Source: Raillietiella orientalis
Lineage: Eukaryota
NCBI GenBank assembly: GCA_036172245.1
Contig: JAYWIR010000001.1
Span: 248,001 to 312,000, forward strand
DNA: 64,000 nucleotides
Reading direction: 5' to 3'
Below, in pieces: positions 63,356-64,000 of this stretch (its first letter is position 1; every line of letters begins with the position of its first letter). The position numbers and the translations under genes are program-made. The notes below the pieces were generated by a model, which saw only the letters and a list, made by a program, of their open reading frames with translations, had not been told where the DNA came from and made no database searches.

Positions 63356-64000
63356 CGCTGGGTGCCGCTCACGCGGTCTTCCTCGCGTTTGGCGTTTGTT
63401 CCCATGGCTTCTTGTGCCGCACTTCCTGGAGGTGGCGTCTTGCTGAACGCCGTGCTTGTGGGACTTCAGAAAGCGTCGGCCGGCCGCACCAGGGAAGGGC
63501 TGAAACTGGGAGAGATGCTTATAAGATGCGGCGGTCGACCCTGCTCCGATCTTCACCGTGATGTCCCCGCCCTCCCCCCACCTCCGGAGAAGGGGGTGAG
63601 AGGCGACGACGAGGAGGAGGAGGAGAAGGAAGGGGCAAGCGGACTGCAGTTTCTCCGTGCGCTGCTCCTGCTTGGAAGCTGAGGTTCCTCCTCCGGAGAG
63701 CGTCTCCCCCGTCATCCGTGACGCGGCACGGTCGTCGTGTACGCCGGTGTGGAGTGCGGACCACACCCGAAGGCAAGGTGAACTGCCGCCGCCGCGCGCG
63801 CCGCCACACGCACAAGCGCGCGACGATGCTCCATGGCGGTGACCTCCCCCACGAGGCCGCTGCGGACCTGCCCTCTGCAGCTTTCCAGAGCTGGGGACAG
63901 CATCCCACTCCGGGTCAGTTCGCTGTCGGGAAAAGAGCGACTTCCTTCTCCTGGCCACGGGCGAAGAGCGCGCGCCTCACTGGACTTCGGGACGCCCGCG

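Noticed and set aside
62300..63958. Longest ORF (552 aa, minus strand)
   Set aside because: It runs through a SINE copy and low-complexity GC-rich sequence, and no domain is recognisable. The ITVKIGAG..YKHLSQF segment could be a decayed fragment, but I cannot assign it.

Overview
This is eukaryotic, most likely invertebrate metazoan, DNA with spliceosomal introns; it is not a prokaryotic locus. Two host genes are visible on the + strand. The first is the 3' part of a kinase-less FGFR-like receptor (FGFRL1/nou-darake type: two Ig domains, a TM helix and a short tail ending -VHFV) at about 3.7-10.5 kb, with one probable GC-AG intron. The second is an isolated 99-bp GoLoco-motif exon at 58.3 kb, belonging to a gene with very large introns. 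A decayed rhomboid protease fragment lies at 25.9-26.2 kb. Most of the rest is transposon debris: about 10 relics of a CR1/L2-group LINE (nearly all on the minus strand), single relics resembling Ty3/gypsy, PIF/Harbinger, hAT, pogo and MULE, and two piggyBac-type MITEs. There are also about a dozen copies of a tRNA-like SINE and about a dozen AT-rich foldback-like elements with a conserved central core, which account for most of the AT/GC mosaic. The long six-frame ORFs are largely artefacts of GC-rich sequence. All homology calls were made by eye from remembered family motifs, and repeat boundaries are approximate. I found no complete novel multi-gene system; the foldback family is the most unusual feature.
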